Shown here: positions 1 to 10,227 of the stretch, piece by piece
How positions within the stretch are numbered: the first letter of the stretch is position 1
How the letters are laid out: the number at the start of each line of letters is the position of its first letter
Assembly (NCBI GenBank): GCA_963733295.1
Contig: CAVTCS010000003.1
Coordinates: 544,001 to 608,000, forward strand
Source of the DNA: Vulcanimicrobiota bacterium
GTDB taxonomy: Bacteria > Vulcanimicrobiota > Vulcanimicrobiia > Vulcanimicrobiales > Vulcanimicrobiaceae
Length of the DNA: 64,000 nucleotides
Direction: 5' to 3'
Program-made: the position numbers and the translations under genes
The notes under the pieces: generated by a model
Seen by the model: only the letters and a program-made list of their open reading frames with translations
Told to the model about the DNA's origin: nothing
The model's database searches: none

Positions 1-18
1 TCCAATCATCATTGTGGC

Positions 19-1029
19 CTACCCGAGTTTTCCGGAGGTTTTCTCCAGCAATTCCCACGCGGTGTCTCCGAACGTGGCATGCCAGTGTTTGTAGAAATCG
101 CCGAGACGCGGGCGGAAGCCGCTCGTGTTGGCCACGTTGAGCTGCATGCCGCTGCGCTGGAGTTTGTCGGCCAGCGAATCGTTGCGCTGTTCGGTGTCCG
201 CCCGCTGCAGGAGCGCGTACTTCTCTGCGTTGCGCTGGATGACGCTTTGCGCGTCGGGCGGCAACGCCTTCCAAGCGTCGGGGTTTGCGAGAAACCAGAA
301 AGCCGACCACATGTGATTCGTCACGCTCAGATATTTCTGCACCTCGAAGAGACGACCGGCCGCGATGATGGCGTACGGGTTCTCCTCGCCGTCGACCGTG
401 TGGTTTTGCAACGCGGTGTATACCTCGGCGAAGTTGATCGGAGTGGGCGAAGCCCCGAGCGACTTGAAGAGGTCGACCCACAGCGCGCCCTGCGGCGTAC
501 GGATCTTGAAGTTGGCGAGATCGTCTGCGCCTTTGATCGGGTGCGTGCTCGAAGTGATCTGACGCATGCCGTTGGCCCACATCTTCGGGAAGGCGATGAG
601 CCCCTTGGCTTCGATGTCCTTGCGTACGTAGGCCCCGAGCGGTCCGTCGAATGCGGAGAACGCCTCAGCCGAATTCCTGAACGCGAAACCGACGGCCTGG
701 ATCGCTGCCACCGGCACGACCGACTGCAAGATGCCGCCGTCGAGCGTAAAGAACTGCAGCGCGCCGGAACGCAGCTGCGTGAGCATAGCGGTGTCGCCGC
801 CGAGCTGATTGTTCGGAAAGACCGTGACGTCGACCGCGCCGCCCGTTTCGCGCTTCACGGCGTTCCACATCTGAATCATGCGAACGTTGAGCGGATGGTC
901 GATCGAAATGTTGCTCGCGTACTTGTACGTAAACGTGGCGGCTCGAGCCGGCAACCGCAGAACGTTGATGCTAGCGAGCGTGGCCGCCGTTGCGGTCGCA
1001 AAACGTTGACGCGAGATTCGGTGAGCCAC
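19..1029 (-). CDS. dctP: TRAP transporter substrate-binding protein (DctP family)
   Basis: FPNNQLGGD, KIRTP, EVYTALQ..VDGEENP and LFEVQKY motifs; Tat-like leader; probable GTG start at 1029 (ORF track starts at 1056). Confidence 0.9.
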   Translation of the reverse strand: MAHRISRQRFATATAATLASINVLRLPARAATFTYKYASNISIDHPLNVRMIQMWNAVKRETGGAVDVTVFPNNQLGGDTAMLTQLRSGALQFFTLDGGILQSVVPVAAIQAVGFAFRNSAEAFSAFDGPLGAYVRKDIEAKGLIAFPKMWANGMRQITSSTHPIKGADDLANFKIRTPQGALWVDLFKSLGASPTPINFAEVYTALQNHTVDGEENPYAIIAAGRLFEVQKYLSVTNHMWSAFWFLANPDAWKALPPDAQSVIQRNAEKYALLQRADTEQRNDSLADKLQRSGMQLNVANTSGFRPRLGDFYKHWHATFGDTAWELLEKTSGKLG

Positions 1030-1052
1030 CTTGGAACCAGCCTTTCTGGAAA

Positions 1053-1790
1053 TCAATCGAGAACGATCCCGCCGTCGACGGTCAGCGTTTCTCCGTGAAC
1101 GAAAGACGATGCGGGCGAGACGAGCCAGACGATCGCTTCGGCAATTTCGGAAGGGTCCGCGCTGCGGCCGACGAGCGTCATGTTCTCGACACGGCTGCGC
1201 GCCTCGGGCACCTCAAAAGTCTCCGCAAGCATCGGAGTGAGGACGGGGCCTGGAGCGACGGCATTGACGGCGATCCCCTGCGGCGCGAGCGAACGGGCGG
1301 CGCTACGCGTCAACTGAATGACCGCGCCCTTACTCGCGGCATACGCCGCGGTCCCCGAGAGCCCTCCGCCGCGTTTGCCTGCGACGCTGGCGACGGTGCA
1401 AATCCGCGCACCGGCCTGCATCCGCTTTGCCGCCTCGCGAACGCAGAGGTACGTCCCGATCACGTTGATATCGTAAACCCGGCGCCACGTGGCGACGTCG
1501 ATCTCCATGAACGGCGTCATGTCGGCGATTCCAGCCGCGGTCACGAGCGCGTCGAGGTGCCCGCCGAGCGCGCGGTCCGCGAACTCGAAGAGTGCGGCGA
1601 CCGAGGCTTCGTCGGCGACGTCGACGGCGCACGCTCGTCCGCCGATCGACTCCGCGACCTGCCGCGCTCGCGCTTCGTCGCGATCGGCGACGAGCACGAG
1701 GTACCCGTTGCGCGCCAGCAGTTCGCAGGTGGCCTTGCCGATGCCGCTCGCGCCGCCGCTGACGATCGCCGCCGGCCGCGCGGCGTTCAC
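1053..1790 (-). CDS. SDR family NAD(P)-dependent oxidoreductase
   Basis: SGGASGIG Rossmann motif and YAASK catalytic motif; GTG start overlaps the upstream TGA (GTGA). It is the C-terminal part of the spurious 1088-aa ORF. Confidence 0.9.
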   Translation of the reverse strand: MNAARPAAIVSGGASGIGKATCELLARNGYLVLVADRDEARARQVAESIGGRACAVDVADEASVAALFEFADRALGGHLDALVTAAGIADMTPFMEIDVATWRRVYDINVIGTYLCVREAAKRMQAGARICTVASVAGKRGGGLSGTAAYAASKGAVIQLTRSAARSLAPQGIAVNAVAPGPVLTPMLAETFEVPEARSRVENMTLVGRSADPSEIAEAIVWLVSPASSFVHGETLTVDGGIVLD

Positions 1791-2935
1791 AGGAGCGAGC
1801 CGGGCTCGGCGAATGCGCCGGCCAAGGCCGAGAGAAAGCGAGCGGCCGGGGCGCCGTCGATAAAGCGATGATCGAAGCTCAACACGAGCGTTAGCATCCA
1901 AGCCGGCACGAGCGAATCGCCTTCCACTGCCGGCCGGCGCGTGACCGCGCCCATCCCGAGGATGGCGGTTTGCGGCGGGTCGACGAGCGGAACGACGCGT
2001 TCGACCCCCTGAGGCCCGACGTTGGAGAGCGAGAAGGCGGCAGCGCCGGTGTCGCTCGCGCCGAGCGCACCCGCGCGAGCGGCGGCCGCGAGCCGGAGAA
2101 TCTCGGCTTGGATCGCGGCCAGCGAGAGCGCGCCTGCGCCTCGCACGACCGGCACGATGAGACCTCGCGGCGTGTCTGCGGCGACGCCGATGTCGAGCGC
2201 TTCGCAGGGCTGACCGGAACGCGCGTCGGTGCGAAGTTCGGGAAATTCGCGCAGCAGCCGGGCCAGCGCAAAAACGGCGAACGCGGTCCAGCCGAAATCT
2301 TTGCGGCGCGACATCAGCGCGCGCACGCCGTCGACCCGCACGCTCGTCTCGACCTGCGCTAGCGGAAGGGTGCCGACCTCGCTCATGCGCCGGAAGATCG
2401 TGCGCCGAAGCGGGTCGAGTTCCGGAGGTAGTGTGGCCGGCGACGGTGTCGGCGCGCGAACCGCCGCTGCCGGCGGAATCGCCGCGCCTCTTGCGGGCTG
2501 TGTTCCGGCGCTTGCGAGAACGTCGGAGAGCGTGACGCGCCCGCGCGGACCCGAGCCGCGCAACGCGCGCAGGTCGAGTTTGTGCTCGCGCGCCAACCGG
2601 CGTGCGGCCGGTGAGGCGAGGACGCGCTCCCCATTTGTGTGGCGCGCGGCATGTAGCGGACCGGGCGAAGCGGCGCCGGCCGGCGCCACGTCCTCGTTCT
2701 CGAGCGTGACCAGACCGATCAGCGCACCGCATGCGAACTCGTCGCCGTCGTTGCCGATGCGCTGCACGAGCGTTCCCGCGACAGGTGACTCGACCTCGTA
2801 GTTGATCTTGTCGGTCGAAACCTCGAGCAGCGGATCGCCGGCAGCGATGCGTTCGCCGGTCGTTTTCAGCCAGCGCACGATCGTGCCGCTTTCCATCGTG
2901 AGGCCGAGCTTCGGCATCGTGATCTCCGCCGGCAC
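1787..2935 (-). CDS. 2-oxoacid/acetoin dehydrogenase E2 (dihydrolipoamide acyltransferase, AcoC-like)
   Basis: Lipoyl domain (MPKLG, STDKI), peripheral subunit-binding domain (ASPAARRLA..GSGPRGRV), catalytic SFDHRFIDG. Confidence 0.9.
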   Translation of the reverse strand: MPAEITMPKLGLTMESGTIVRWLKTTGERIAAGDPLLEVSTDKINYEVESPVAGTLVQRIGNDGDEFACGALIGLVTLENEDVAPAGAASPGPLHAARHTNGERVLASPAARRLAREHKLDLRALRGSGPRGRVTLSDVLASAGTQPARGAAIPPAAAVRAPTPSPATLPPELDPLRRTIFRRMSEVGTLPLAQVETSVRVDGVRALMSRRKDFGWTAFAVFALARLLREFPELRTDARSGQPCEALDIGVAADTPRGLIVPVVRGAGALSLAAIQAEILRLAAAARAGALGASDTGAAAFSLSNVGPQGVERVVPLVDPPQTAILGMGAVTRRPAVEGDSLVPAWMLTLVLSFDHRFIDGAPAARFLSALAGAFAEPGSLL

Positions 2936-3928
2936 TTAGCGCCGCTTCCGGACGAGATCGAGAACTGCCGACTCGATCGCGGGCGCTTTGGGGAACATCG
3001 CGTCCTGCATCCCGGGCGAAAACGGAACCGGTACGTGCGCCGCGCCGAGCCGGACGACCGGCGCGTCGAGATCGTCGAAGCAATGCTCGCCGATGAACGC
3101 CGCGATCTCGCCGCCGAGTCCTCCGATGCGGACCGCTTCGTGCGCGACGACGATGCGATGCGTCGCCGCGACGGCATCGGCGATCGCGTCGTAGTCGAGT
3201 GGCCAGAGCGTCCGCAAGTTGACGACGCGCACGGAGATGCCTTCCTCCCGTTCGAGCTTCTCGGCAGCTTCGAGCGCGCGCCCGACGGTGATGCCGTACG
3301 TAATGACGGCCGCGTCGCGACCCTCGCGCAGCGTCTCGGCTTTCCCGAGCGGAATCGTGAAGTCGTCGTCGTCCGGAATCTCGCCCTTTTGCGTAAACAG
3401 CGCCTTGTGCTCGAAGTAGAGCGTCGGGTTGTCGCTCCGGATCGCGCTCTTGAGCAACCCCTTCGCATCGCGCGCGTTCGCCGGTGCGACGACCTCGAGA
3501 CCCGGCGTGTGGACGAACCAGGCCTCCAGCGACTGCGAGTGCTGCGCGGCGGCGGACTTCGTAATTCCGTCGGGGGCGCGCAGGGTCATCGGAACCGAGC
3601 ACTGCTCGCCGAACATATAACGAAGCTTGGCGGCTTGGTTGACGATCTCGTCCATCGCGCAGGTGATGAAGTCGGCGAAGTGCATGTCGACGACCGGGCG
3701 CGTCCCGGTCAGAGCGGCTCCAACGCCCGCGCCGACGAGCGCCGCTTCCGAGATCGGCGTGTCGCGCACCCGCTCGAAGCCGAACTCTTGGGGCAACCCT
3801 TTGAACTGCCCGAAGATGCCGCCTTGCTTTGCGATGTCCTCGCCCATCAGAAAAACCGTCGGGTCGCGCCGCATCTCCTCCCGCATCGCTTCGAGCGTCG
3901 CTTCCGAAAACGTCACGCTGCGGGCCAT
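2936..3928 (-). CDS. TPP-dependent dehydrogenase E1 beta subunit (AcoB/PdhB-like)
   Basis: MARSVTF start with TGATG overlap; LMGEDI, DTPISE, QHSQSLEAWF motifs. Confidence 0.9.
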   Translation of the reverse strand: MARSVTFSEATLEAMREEMRRDPTVFLMGEDIAKQGGIFGQFKGLPQEFGFERVRDTPISEAALVGAGVGAALTGTRPVVDMHFADFITCAMDEIVNQAAKLRYMFGEQCSVPMTLRAPDGITKSAAAQHSQSLEAWFVHTPGLEVVAPANARDAKGLLKSAIRSDNPTLYFEHKALFTQKGEIPDDDDFTIPLGKAETLREGRDAAVITYGITVGRALEAAEKLEREEGISVRVVNLRTLWPLDYDAIADAVAATHRIVVAHEAVRIGGLGGEIAAFIGEHCFDDLDAPVVRLGAAHVPVPFSPGMQDAMFPKAPAIESAVLDLVRKRR

Positions 3929-4986
3929 CAGAAATTTTCCCGTTCGCGAATTGCGAATGCGCCGTACACCGTCGCAGCGTCGCGATCTCCGACGTACGCG
4001 CCGACGAACGCGTCGCCGGGTGGAGAGGGAGAAGAGGCTTTTGCGAACGCGACCGCTTCGGCGAACTCTTCGCGCGCGGCACTCCAGAGCGCTTCGAACT
4101 GAGCGCTCGAGAGCGCATCGCCGAGTCGCGCTTGCAGTCGCACGATCGGATCGTCGCTCTTGCGGCTCTCGACTTCGTCCTTCGAGCGGTAACGCTCGGG
4201 ATCGCCGATGTAGTGGCCGCGCACGCGATACGTCTTGCACTCCACGAAGGTCGGGCCGCCCCCGCTGCGCGCGCGAGCGACCGCTGCGCCGACCGCCCGA
4301 TGCACCTCGAGCGCGTCAAATCCGTCGACGATCGCGCTCGGCATCCCGTAGCCTGCGGCGCGGATCGCGACGTCTTCGATCTTCATCGTTTCCGAAGTCG
4401 ATGTGGTCGAGGCGTAGTGGTTGTTCTCGAGGACGAAGATTGCCGGCAGATTCCAGACCGCGCTCAAGTTCAAGTTTTCGTGAAACGGTCCGCGATTCGT
4501 GGCGCCGTCACCGAAGAAGCAGACCGCGACGCGACCGTTGCCGAGCAGTTGGGCCGAGAGTGCCGCGCCCGCGACGAGTCCGAATCCGCCCGCGACGACG
4601 CCGTTCGCACCGAGCATGCCGACCGAGAAGTCGGCGATGTGCATCGAGCCGCCCCGGCCGCGGCAGACGCCGGTTTCGCGCGCGAAGATCTCGGCGACCA
4701 TCGTGCGCATGGGCGTTCCCTTGGCAAGCGTGTGACCGTGCCCGCGGTGGGTCGAAGCGATGTAGTCGTCACGGTTCAGTGCCGCACAGGTGCCGGCCGC
4801 GACCGCCTCTTGCCCGATCGAAAGGTGCGCGAAGCCCGGAATGTCGCCCGCCAAGAAGTGCCGCTCGATGCCTTCCTCGAGCGTACGAATGCGGATCATC
4901 GTCGCGAGCAGCTCTTTGCCGAGCGAAATTTGCTCGGCGCTCAACGGCTCCGAAAGGGCCGGCGCATCGGCTACGTTCATTTCCAT
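3928..4986 (-). CDS. TPP-dependent dehydrogenase E1 alpha subunit (AcoA/PdhA-like)
   Basis: STHRGHGH, GRGGSMH, TPP-binding GDGATN..ENN; start uncertain (4980/4986/5022). Confidence 0.9.
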   Translation of the reverse strand: MEMNVADAPALSEPLSAEQISLGKELLATMIRIRTLEEGIERHFLAGDIPGFAHLSIGQEAVAAGTCAALNRDDYIASTHRGHGHTLAKGTPMRTMVAEIFARETGVCRGRGGSMHIADFSVGMLGANGVVAGGFGLVAGAALSAQLLGNGRVAVCFFGDGATNRGPFHENLNLSAVWNLPAIFVLENNHYASTTSTSETMKIEDVAIRAAGYGMPSAIVDGFDALEVHRAVGAAVARARSGGGPTFVECKTYRVRGHYIGDPERYRSKDEVESRKSDDPIVRLQARLGDALSSAQFEALWSAAREEFAEAVAFAKASSPSPPGDAFVGAYVGDRDAATVYGAFAIRERENF

Positions 4987-5151
4987 AGGGCTGGCTTTTC
5001 CGGTTGCGGCGCGCATTTCCACCTACGGGGCGGAGGCTCTCGGTTTCCCGATAGGTGCGTTCCGACACTATACTCACCGCATGCGGTGCCGATCCACTGG
5101 TTCGTCCGAGCCGGCTTGGAGCGATCGGCCGCTTTTTTGAGCTATCGACTG

Positions 5152-5424
5152 CTAGTGGAAGAAGTACGGATCCAAAACGCTCACTTCAGAAATGCTATCG
5201 ACCGGTAATCCGTTACGTTCGCCCGCCTTGCGAATTGCATCCTCACTGGGGCCATCGTAAATGCAAAACGATTTCCCATGATCTTTCGTAACGTACGAAT
5301 GGACCCACGTCACGCCGACGTCTCCATTTTTGTCGACGACGCTTTTGCACGCCTCGGCGCCCTCATCGGTAGCTGGAATCGCTAATCCGCCCTTGAAAGT
5401 TCGTTCGACCAAGTATCGAGGCAT
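5152..5424 (-). CDS. DUF4242 (SCO4226-like) small protein
   Basis: MPRYLVER..VTWVHSYV..FCIYDGP..GLPVDSISEV signature; GGAGG RBS. Confidence 0.8.
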   Translation of the reverse strand: MPRYLVERTFKGGLAIPATDEGAEACKSVVDKNGDVGVTWVHSYVTKDHGKSFCIYDGPSEDAIRKAGERNGLPVDSISEVSVLDPYFFH

Positions 5425-5565
5425 GCAAATGCCCTCCATCGATTGCGCGCGAAAGCCCGATTTCACAAGCGTTTTTTGGGTCCATGCATCATATCGCCTA
5501 CGCCCTCGGTTTGGCAAGCGTGCCTAGGGCCCCAACGGCTAGTAACCGAACAGCGGCCATCATCG

Positions 5566-7557
5566 ATGCTAGATAGCGCTCGGAGCAAGGAACGGCAATC
5601 CAGACAGCAAGGGTCGTTGCCTACCGGCACGGTCACTTTCCTGTTCTCCGACATCGAGGGAAGCACCGAGCGCTGGGAGCGGGATCGCGCCGCGATGCAG
5701 GAAGCCGTGCGCCTCCACGACCGGCTCATGCGCGAAGCAATCGCAGCGCACGACGGGCACGTGTTCAAGACCATCGGCGATGCGTTCTGCGCGGCGTTCG
5801 CGACACCAGAATCGGCCGTTCGGGCCGCGCTCGACGCTCAGGTAGCGCTCGCTGCCGCCGACTTCTCAGCGGTCGGCGGCCTTCGCGTGCGCATCGCGGT
5901 CAATACCGGTACCGCGGATGAACGTGACGGCGACTACTTCGGGCCAACCGTGAATCGCGTGGCGCGGCTCACGTCGAGCGGCCACGGCGGGCAGGTACTG
6001 CTGTCGGATGCAACCCACGCGCTCGTGCAAAACGAATTGCCACGTGCGACGCGATTCAGCGACCTCGGCTCGCACCGGTTCAAGGACCTTGCCCAGAGCG
6101 AGCACGTGTGGCAGGTGACGGTAATAGGTCTACCGGGCGATTTCCCGCGGCTCAATTCGCTGGACACGCTGCCCAACAATTTACCCATTCAAGTCTCGAG
6201 CTTCTACGGCCACGAACAAGACCTCGAGGATTTGAAGGTGCAGCTTCTCGAGCACCGTTTGATCACACTCTTTGGAGCCGGTGGCGTAGGCAAGACGCGT
6301 CTGGCGGCGCAACTTGGCGCCGAGGTTCTTGACCGCTTTTCCGACGGGGTATGGATTGCCGATCTCGCATCGACCACAGAGCCGGAATTGGTGTGGAACG
6401 TCGTAGCCAAAGTATTGAGCGTGAACCAAGCGCACTCGCGCATGAGCGACGAGTCAATGATTCAGTTTCTCAACCCCAGGCAGCTTCTCCTAATTCTCGA
6501 CAATTGCGAACACGTGCTGGAAGCTGCTGCCAGGCTAGCCGACGCGATTCATCGCCAGTGCCCGGGCGTGCGCATTCTGACCACTTCGCGCGAGGCGCTG
6601 GGGGTGGGCGGCGAAAAGGTGGTACGGGTCGCCTCGCTGGCGGTGCCCGAAAAGGTAGCAGATCTCCACGCAACGTTCGCGCTCAGCTTCGGTGCGGTGG
6701 CGCTCTTCGTCGACCGCGCGTCGCTCGTCGATCAATCTTTTCGGCTCGGCGACAATAACGCGTCAATCGTGTCGGATATCTGTCGCCGGCTCGATGGCAT
6801 TCCGCTTGCGATCGAACTCGCCGCAGCGCGCGTGAAAGTCATGAGCGTCGCCACCATCGCGCAGCGCCTTAACGAGCGCTTCGAGATTCTCACCGGGGGC
6901 AGTCGCACCGCTCTCCCGCGACAGAAAACGCTGATGGCCCTCTTCGATTGGAGCTATGATTTTCTCTCGATCGAGGAACGGGTGATGTTTAACCGCGTGG
7001 CGATTTTTGCCGGCGGGTTTAGCTCCGATGCCTCATCTGTCGTGTGCGCCGGCGACGGCATCGAGCAGAGAGACGTGCTAGACTTGATCGCTTCGCTCGT
7101 GGACAAGTCGTTGGCAGTGGTGGATACGAGCGGCAACCGGGAGCGCTTCCGTCTTCTTGAATCCCCCCGTCAGTACGCACTGGCAAAACTAACGGCGAGC
7201 GGTGAGCGCGAGCTGGTCGCGCGCCGGCACGCCGAATACTTCCGAGGCATCGCACAGGAATTTAGGACGACCTTTGGCGCGATCCCGATGAGTGAATGGC
7301 TTGCGGGAGCCGAGCTGGAGGTGGAAAACTTTCGTGCGACGATGGACTGGGCGCTCACCAAAGGTCAAGACGTACCCCTGGGCGGCGCGGTGGCGGGCGC
7401 CTTGGAGATGTTCTGGTGGCACGGCGGCGTCGAAGCAGAGGGTCTCCGTTGGATCGACGTCGCACTCCAAAAAATCGACGAGAGTGCCCACGCGGAGGTG
7501 GTGATTCAACTGCGGCGGGCGCTTGCACGTCTCATGTCACGCGTGCTCTACTCGTAG
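5566..7557 (+). CDS. Class III adenylate/guanylate cyclase fused to STAND (NB-ARC-like) ATPase
   Basis: FSDIEGST, KTIGDAF and DYFGPTVNRVARL cyclase motifs; Walker A GAGGVGKT, LLILDNCEH, LDGIPLAIELAAAR. Confidence 0.9.
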   Translation: MLDSARSKERQSRQQGSLPTGTVTFLFSDIEGSTERWERDRAAMQEAVRLHDRLMREAIAAHDGHVFKTIGDAFCAAFATPESAVRAALDAQVALAAADFSAVGGLRVRIAVNTGTADERDGDYFGPTVNRVARLTSSGHGGQVLLSDATHALVQNELPRATRFSDLGSHRFKDLAQSEHVWQVTVIGLPGDFPRLNSLDTLPNNLPIQVSSFYGHEQDLEDLKVQLLEHRLITLFGAGGVGKTRLAAQLGAEVLDRFSDGVWIADLASTTEPELVWNVVAKVLSVNQAHSRMSDESMIQFLNPRQLLLILDNCEHVLEAAARLADAIHRQCPGVRILTTSREALGVGGEKVVRVASLAVPEKVADLHATFALSFGAVALFVDRASLVDQSFRLGDNNASIVSDICRRLDGIPLAIELAAARVKVMSVATIAQRLNERFEILTGGSRTALPRQKTLMALFDWSYDFLSIEERVMFNRVAIFAGGFSSDASSVVCAGDGIEQRDVLDLIASLVDKSLAVVDTSGNRERFRLLESPRQYALAKLTASGERELVARRHAEYFRGIAQEFRTTFGAIPMSEWLAGAELEVENFRATMDWALTKGQDVPLGGAVAGALEMFWWHGGVEAEGLRWIDVALQKIDESAHAEVVIQLRRALARLMSRVLYS

Positions 7558-7574
7558 TCGAACGGAGGACTCGC

Positions 7575-8099
7575 ATGAACACCGAAAGTTTGCGCACTCT
7601 GCAGGCGCCGATCAAGGATCGGTATCGGGCCGAGCCCGATGCTGCACTCATCACGCTGAGTGCGAGCGGTCGTGTCGACGATCCCGAAGGCCTCAGTTGC
7701 AGCGTCGAGACTGGACGCGCGTTAGTGAAAGCCGGCCTCCACCCGGCAACCGGTGGTGATGGAACGCTCGCTTGTTCGGGAGATATGTTGTTGCAGGCAC
7801 TCGCTGCGTGCGCCGGCGTCACGCTGCGATCGGTCGCCACGGCTATAAACGTTCCGCTGCGCGGCGGAAGCGTACGTGCGGAAGGGGATTTGGACTTCCG
7901 CGGCACGTTAGGCGTCGACCGCGCTGCGCCGGTTGGCTTCAAGAATATCCGGCTTCGCTTCGATCTTGATGCGGACGCAACGCCCGAAGAAGTTGCGACA
8001 CTGCAAAAGTTGACGGAACGATATTGTGTGGTCTATCAGACGCTTGCAAGCGGGATCAAGCCGGAGGTCGATTTCCACGTAGAGCCGGCGCACCCTTAA
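7575..8099 (+). CDS. OsmC family protein
   Basis: GGAGG RBS; ALAACAG and ERYCVVYQTL conserved Cys pair. Confidence 0.85.
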   Translation: MNTESLRTLQAPIKDRYRAEPDAALITLSASGRVDDPEGLSCSVETGRALVKAGLHPATGGDGTLACSGDMLLQALAACAGVTLRSVATAINVPLRGGSVRAEGDLDFRGTLGVDRAAPVGFKNIRLRFDLDADATPEEVATLQKLTERYCVVYQTLASGIKPEVDFHVEPAHP

Positions 8100-8149
8100 C
8101 TCGGCCGCGACAGCGGACAGCGGGAGCGCTGAATGGAAGCTTAACCCTG

Positions 8150-9001
8150 ATGGCGGCCATCCTGTTCGTTCCCGCCGATCAGACGCGCAAGGTGACGAAT
8201 GCCGCCGGCGGCGCCGCGCGCACGATCGTGTTGGATCTTGAGGACGCCGTGGCGCCGGCGAGTAAGGCTGCGGCGCGCGCGAACCTTGCCTCCGCCGTCG
8301 CCGAGCTGCGCGCAGCCGGCAAGCGCGTCATGGTTCGGATCAACGCCGAGGGTGACGGCTATGATGCCCGCGATCTGGATGCCGCGCTCGAAGCGCCGAT
8401 CGACGAGTTGCTCTTGCCGAAAGTCGAAAGCGTCGGCGCGCTGCGCGAAGTCGAGACGCGCGTCGCGCGGAGTGCGGCCGGCCGGTCGCTGCGGCTCGTG
8501 CTGCTCATCGAAACCGCGCGAGGCGTGCGCGATTTGGCCGAGCTGCTCGAGGCCCCGCGGCTTCGCCACGCGGCGACGCTCGGAACCGCCGACCTCTCAC
8601 GCGATCTCGACATCGAATGGACCTCCGCCGTGAGCGAAAATCCGCCGCTTTTCACCGACTTGTTGACCAACTTGCGCGTGCTTTCGCGCGCGGCAGGTTG
8701 CGATGCGCCACTCGGTAGCGTGTACCCCATCATCGACGACGACGCCGGACTGCAAGCGAACGCCCGACTCGAAGCGCGTTTGGGTTACGCCGGAAAATTC
8801 GCGATTCACCCGCGTCAAGTTCCGATCGTCGAAGCGGTCTACGCGGTCGATCCGGTCGAACTCTCGCGCGCGCGCAACATCGTTGCGGCCTTCGAACGTG
8901 CCGATCGCGAAGGCTCGGGCGCGGTAAGAGTCGACGGCATCATGGTCGACGAACCGGTCGCGCGCCGCGCGTACGCCTTGATCGAGCGGGCGACGCAATG
9001 A
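8150..9001 (+). CDS. CitE/HpcH-family (citryl/malyl-CoA lyase-like) protein
   Basis: LFVP, DLEDAV, VRIN, LPKVE, IETARG, GKFAIHPRQ, GIMVDEP. Confidence 0.85.
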   Translation: MAAILFVPADQTRKVTNAAGGAARTIVLDLEDAVAPASKAAARANLASAVAELRAAGKRVMVRINAEGDGYDARDLDAALEAPIDELLLPKVESVGALREVETRVARSAAGRSLRLVLLIETARGVRDLAELLEAPRLRHAATLGTADLSRDLDIEWTSAVSENPPLFTDLLTNLRVLSRAAGCDAPLGSVYPIIDDDAGLQANARLEARLGYAGKFAIHPRQVPIVEAVYAVDPVELSRARNIVAAFERADREGSGAVRVDGIMVDEPVARRAYALIERATQ

Positions 9002-10227
9002 ACGACGCACCGCTCGCGGGAATCCGCGTTCTCGAGCTGGCCACCATGATCGCCGCGCCGACGACGGGCGCGTTGCTGGCCGACTATGGCGCGACCGTCA
9101 TCAAGGTCGAGCGGCCCGGGCCGGGCGATTTGGCGCGGAAATTCGGCGCGCTCGATGCCCAAGGCGTCTCGTGGTACTGGCGTTCGCTTTCGCGCCGCAA
9201 GCAGTTGGTCGCCGTCGACCTGCACGATCCCGAGATTGCGGCGTTGATGCGACGCTGGATCGAGAGCTTCGACGTGCTGATCGAGAACTTCCGGCCGGGA
9301 ACGCTCGAGCGCTTCGACCTGGCGCCGGAGAAGCTGCTCGAGCTCAATCCACGCCTCGTGGTTCTGCGTGTTACGGCGTTCGGACAGGACGGCCCGTATC
9401 GCGATCGCGCCGGGTTCGGAACGCTCGCCGAGGCGATGACCGGCATCGCTTCGGTCACCGGCTACGAAAACACGCCGCCGCTCCTCCCGTCGTACCCGCT
9501 GGCCGACGTGGTGACGGGCTACCTCGGGGCGGCCGCGGTGAATGCCGCCCTCTTGCGCGCGGCTCGTACCGGGCAGGGGGAAATCATCGATTGCGCGATC
9601 TACGAAGCCGCGATGAAACTCGTCGAGCATCAGATCATGGAGTACGATCGCGCGGGAACGCTGCATCGGAGGATGGGCAATCGACTCGAAGACATCGCAC
9701 CACGCGGCGCCTATCAGTGTTCCGGCGGCGAGTGGATCGCGATCTCCGGGAGCGCGCAGCCGATCGCCGAGCGGATTTTGCGCGTCGTCGGCGGGGAGGC
9801 GCTGGCGAACGATCCGCGTTACGCCAGCAACGCGTCGCGCGTCGAGCACGCCGACGAGCTGGACAAGACGCTAGCCGCGTGGTGCGCGGTCCGCACCCGG
9901 GATGCCGCGCTCGAGGAGCTCACGGCGGCGGGAGGAGCCGCCGGCCCGCTCGAGACGATCGATTCGGTCCTGCACAATCCACAAGTCGCGGCGCGCGAGA
10001 CGTTCGTGTCGGTCCTCGAGCGAGGCGGCGCAGCGTTGCGCATGGCAGGCGTTCTGCCGCGGTTCGAGCGCGCGCAGACCGAGGAGCCCCTCCCCGGGGA
10101 ACTCGCAGTCGGCGCGCGAACGCGCGAGGTACTGAGCGGTGAACTCCAGCTCACCGGCGCCGATCTCGCTTCGTTGGAGGCGCGCGGCGCGATCGAATGT
10201 CCCGCAACGAAAGTGAGCACTTCATGA
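8998..10227 (+). CDS. CaiB/BaiF family III CoA-transferase
   Basis: PLAGIRVLEL, GATVIKVE, DVLIENFRPG, catalytic PLAD. Confidence 0.9.
   Translation: MNDAPLAGIRVLELATMIAAPTTGALLADYGATVIKVERPGPGDLARKFGALDAQGVSWYWRSLSRRKQLVAVDLHDPEIAALMRRWIESFDVLIENFRPGTLERFDLAPEKLLELNPRLVVLRVTAFGQDGPYRDRAGFGTLAEAMTGIASVTGYENTPPLLPSYPLADVVTGYLGAAAVNAALLRAARTGQGEIIDCAIYEAAMKLVEHQIMEYDRAGTLHRRMGNRLEDIAPRGAYQCSGGEWIAISGSAQPIAERILRVVGGEALANDPRYASNASRVEHADELDKTLAAWCAVRTRDAALEELTAAGGAAGPLETIDSVLHNPQVAARETFVSVLERGGAALRMAGVLPRFERAQTEEPLPGELAVGARTREVLSGELQLTGADLASLEARGAIECPATKVSTS

Noticed and set aside
1053..4319. 1088-aa ORF
   Set aside because: Arg-rich off-frame read-through across the E1b/E2 genes; only the last 245 codons (SDR) are real.
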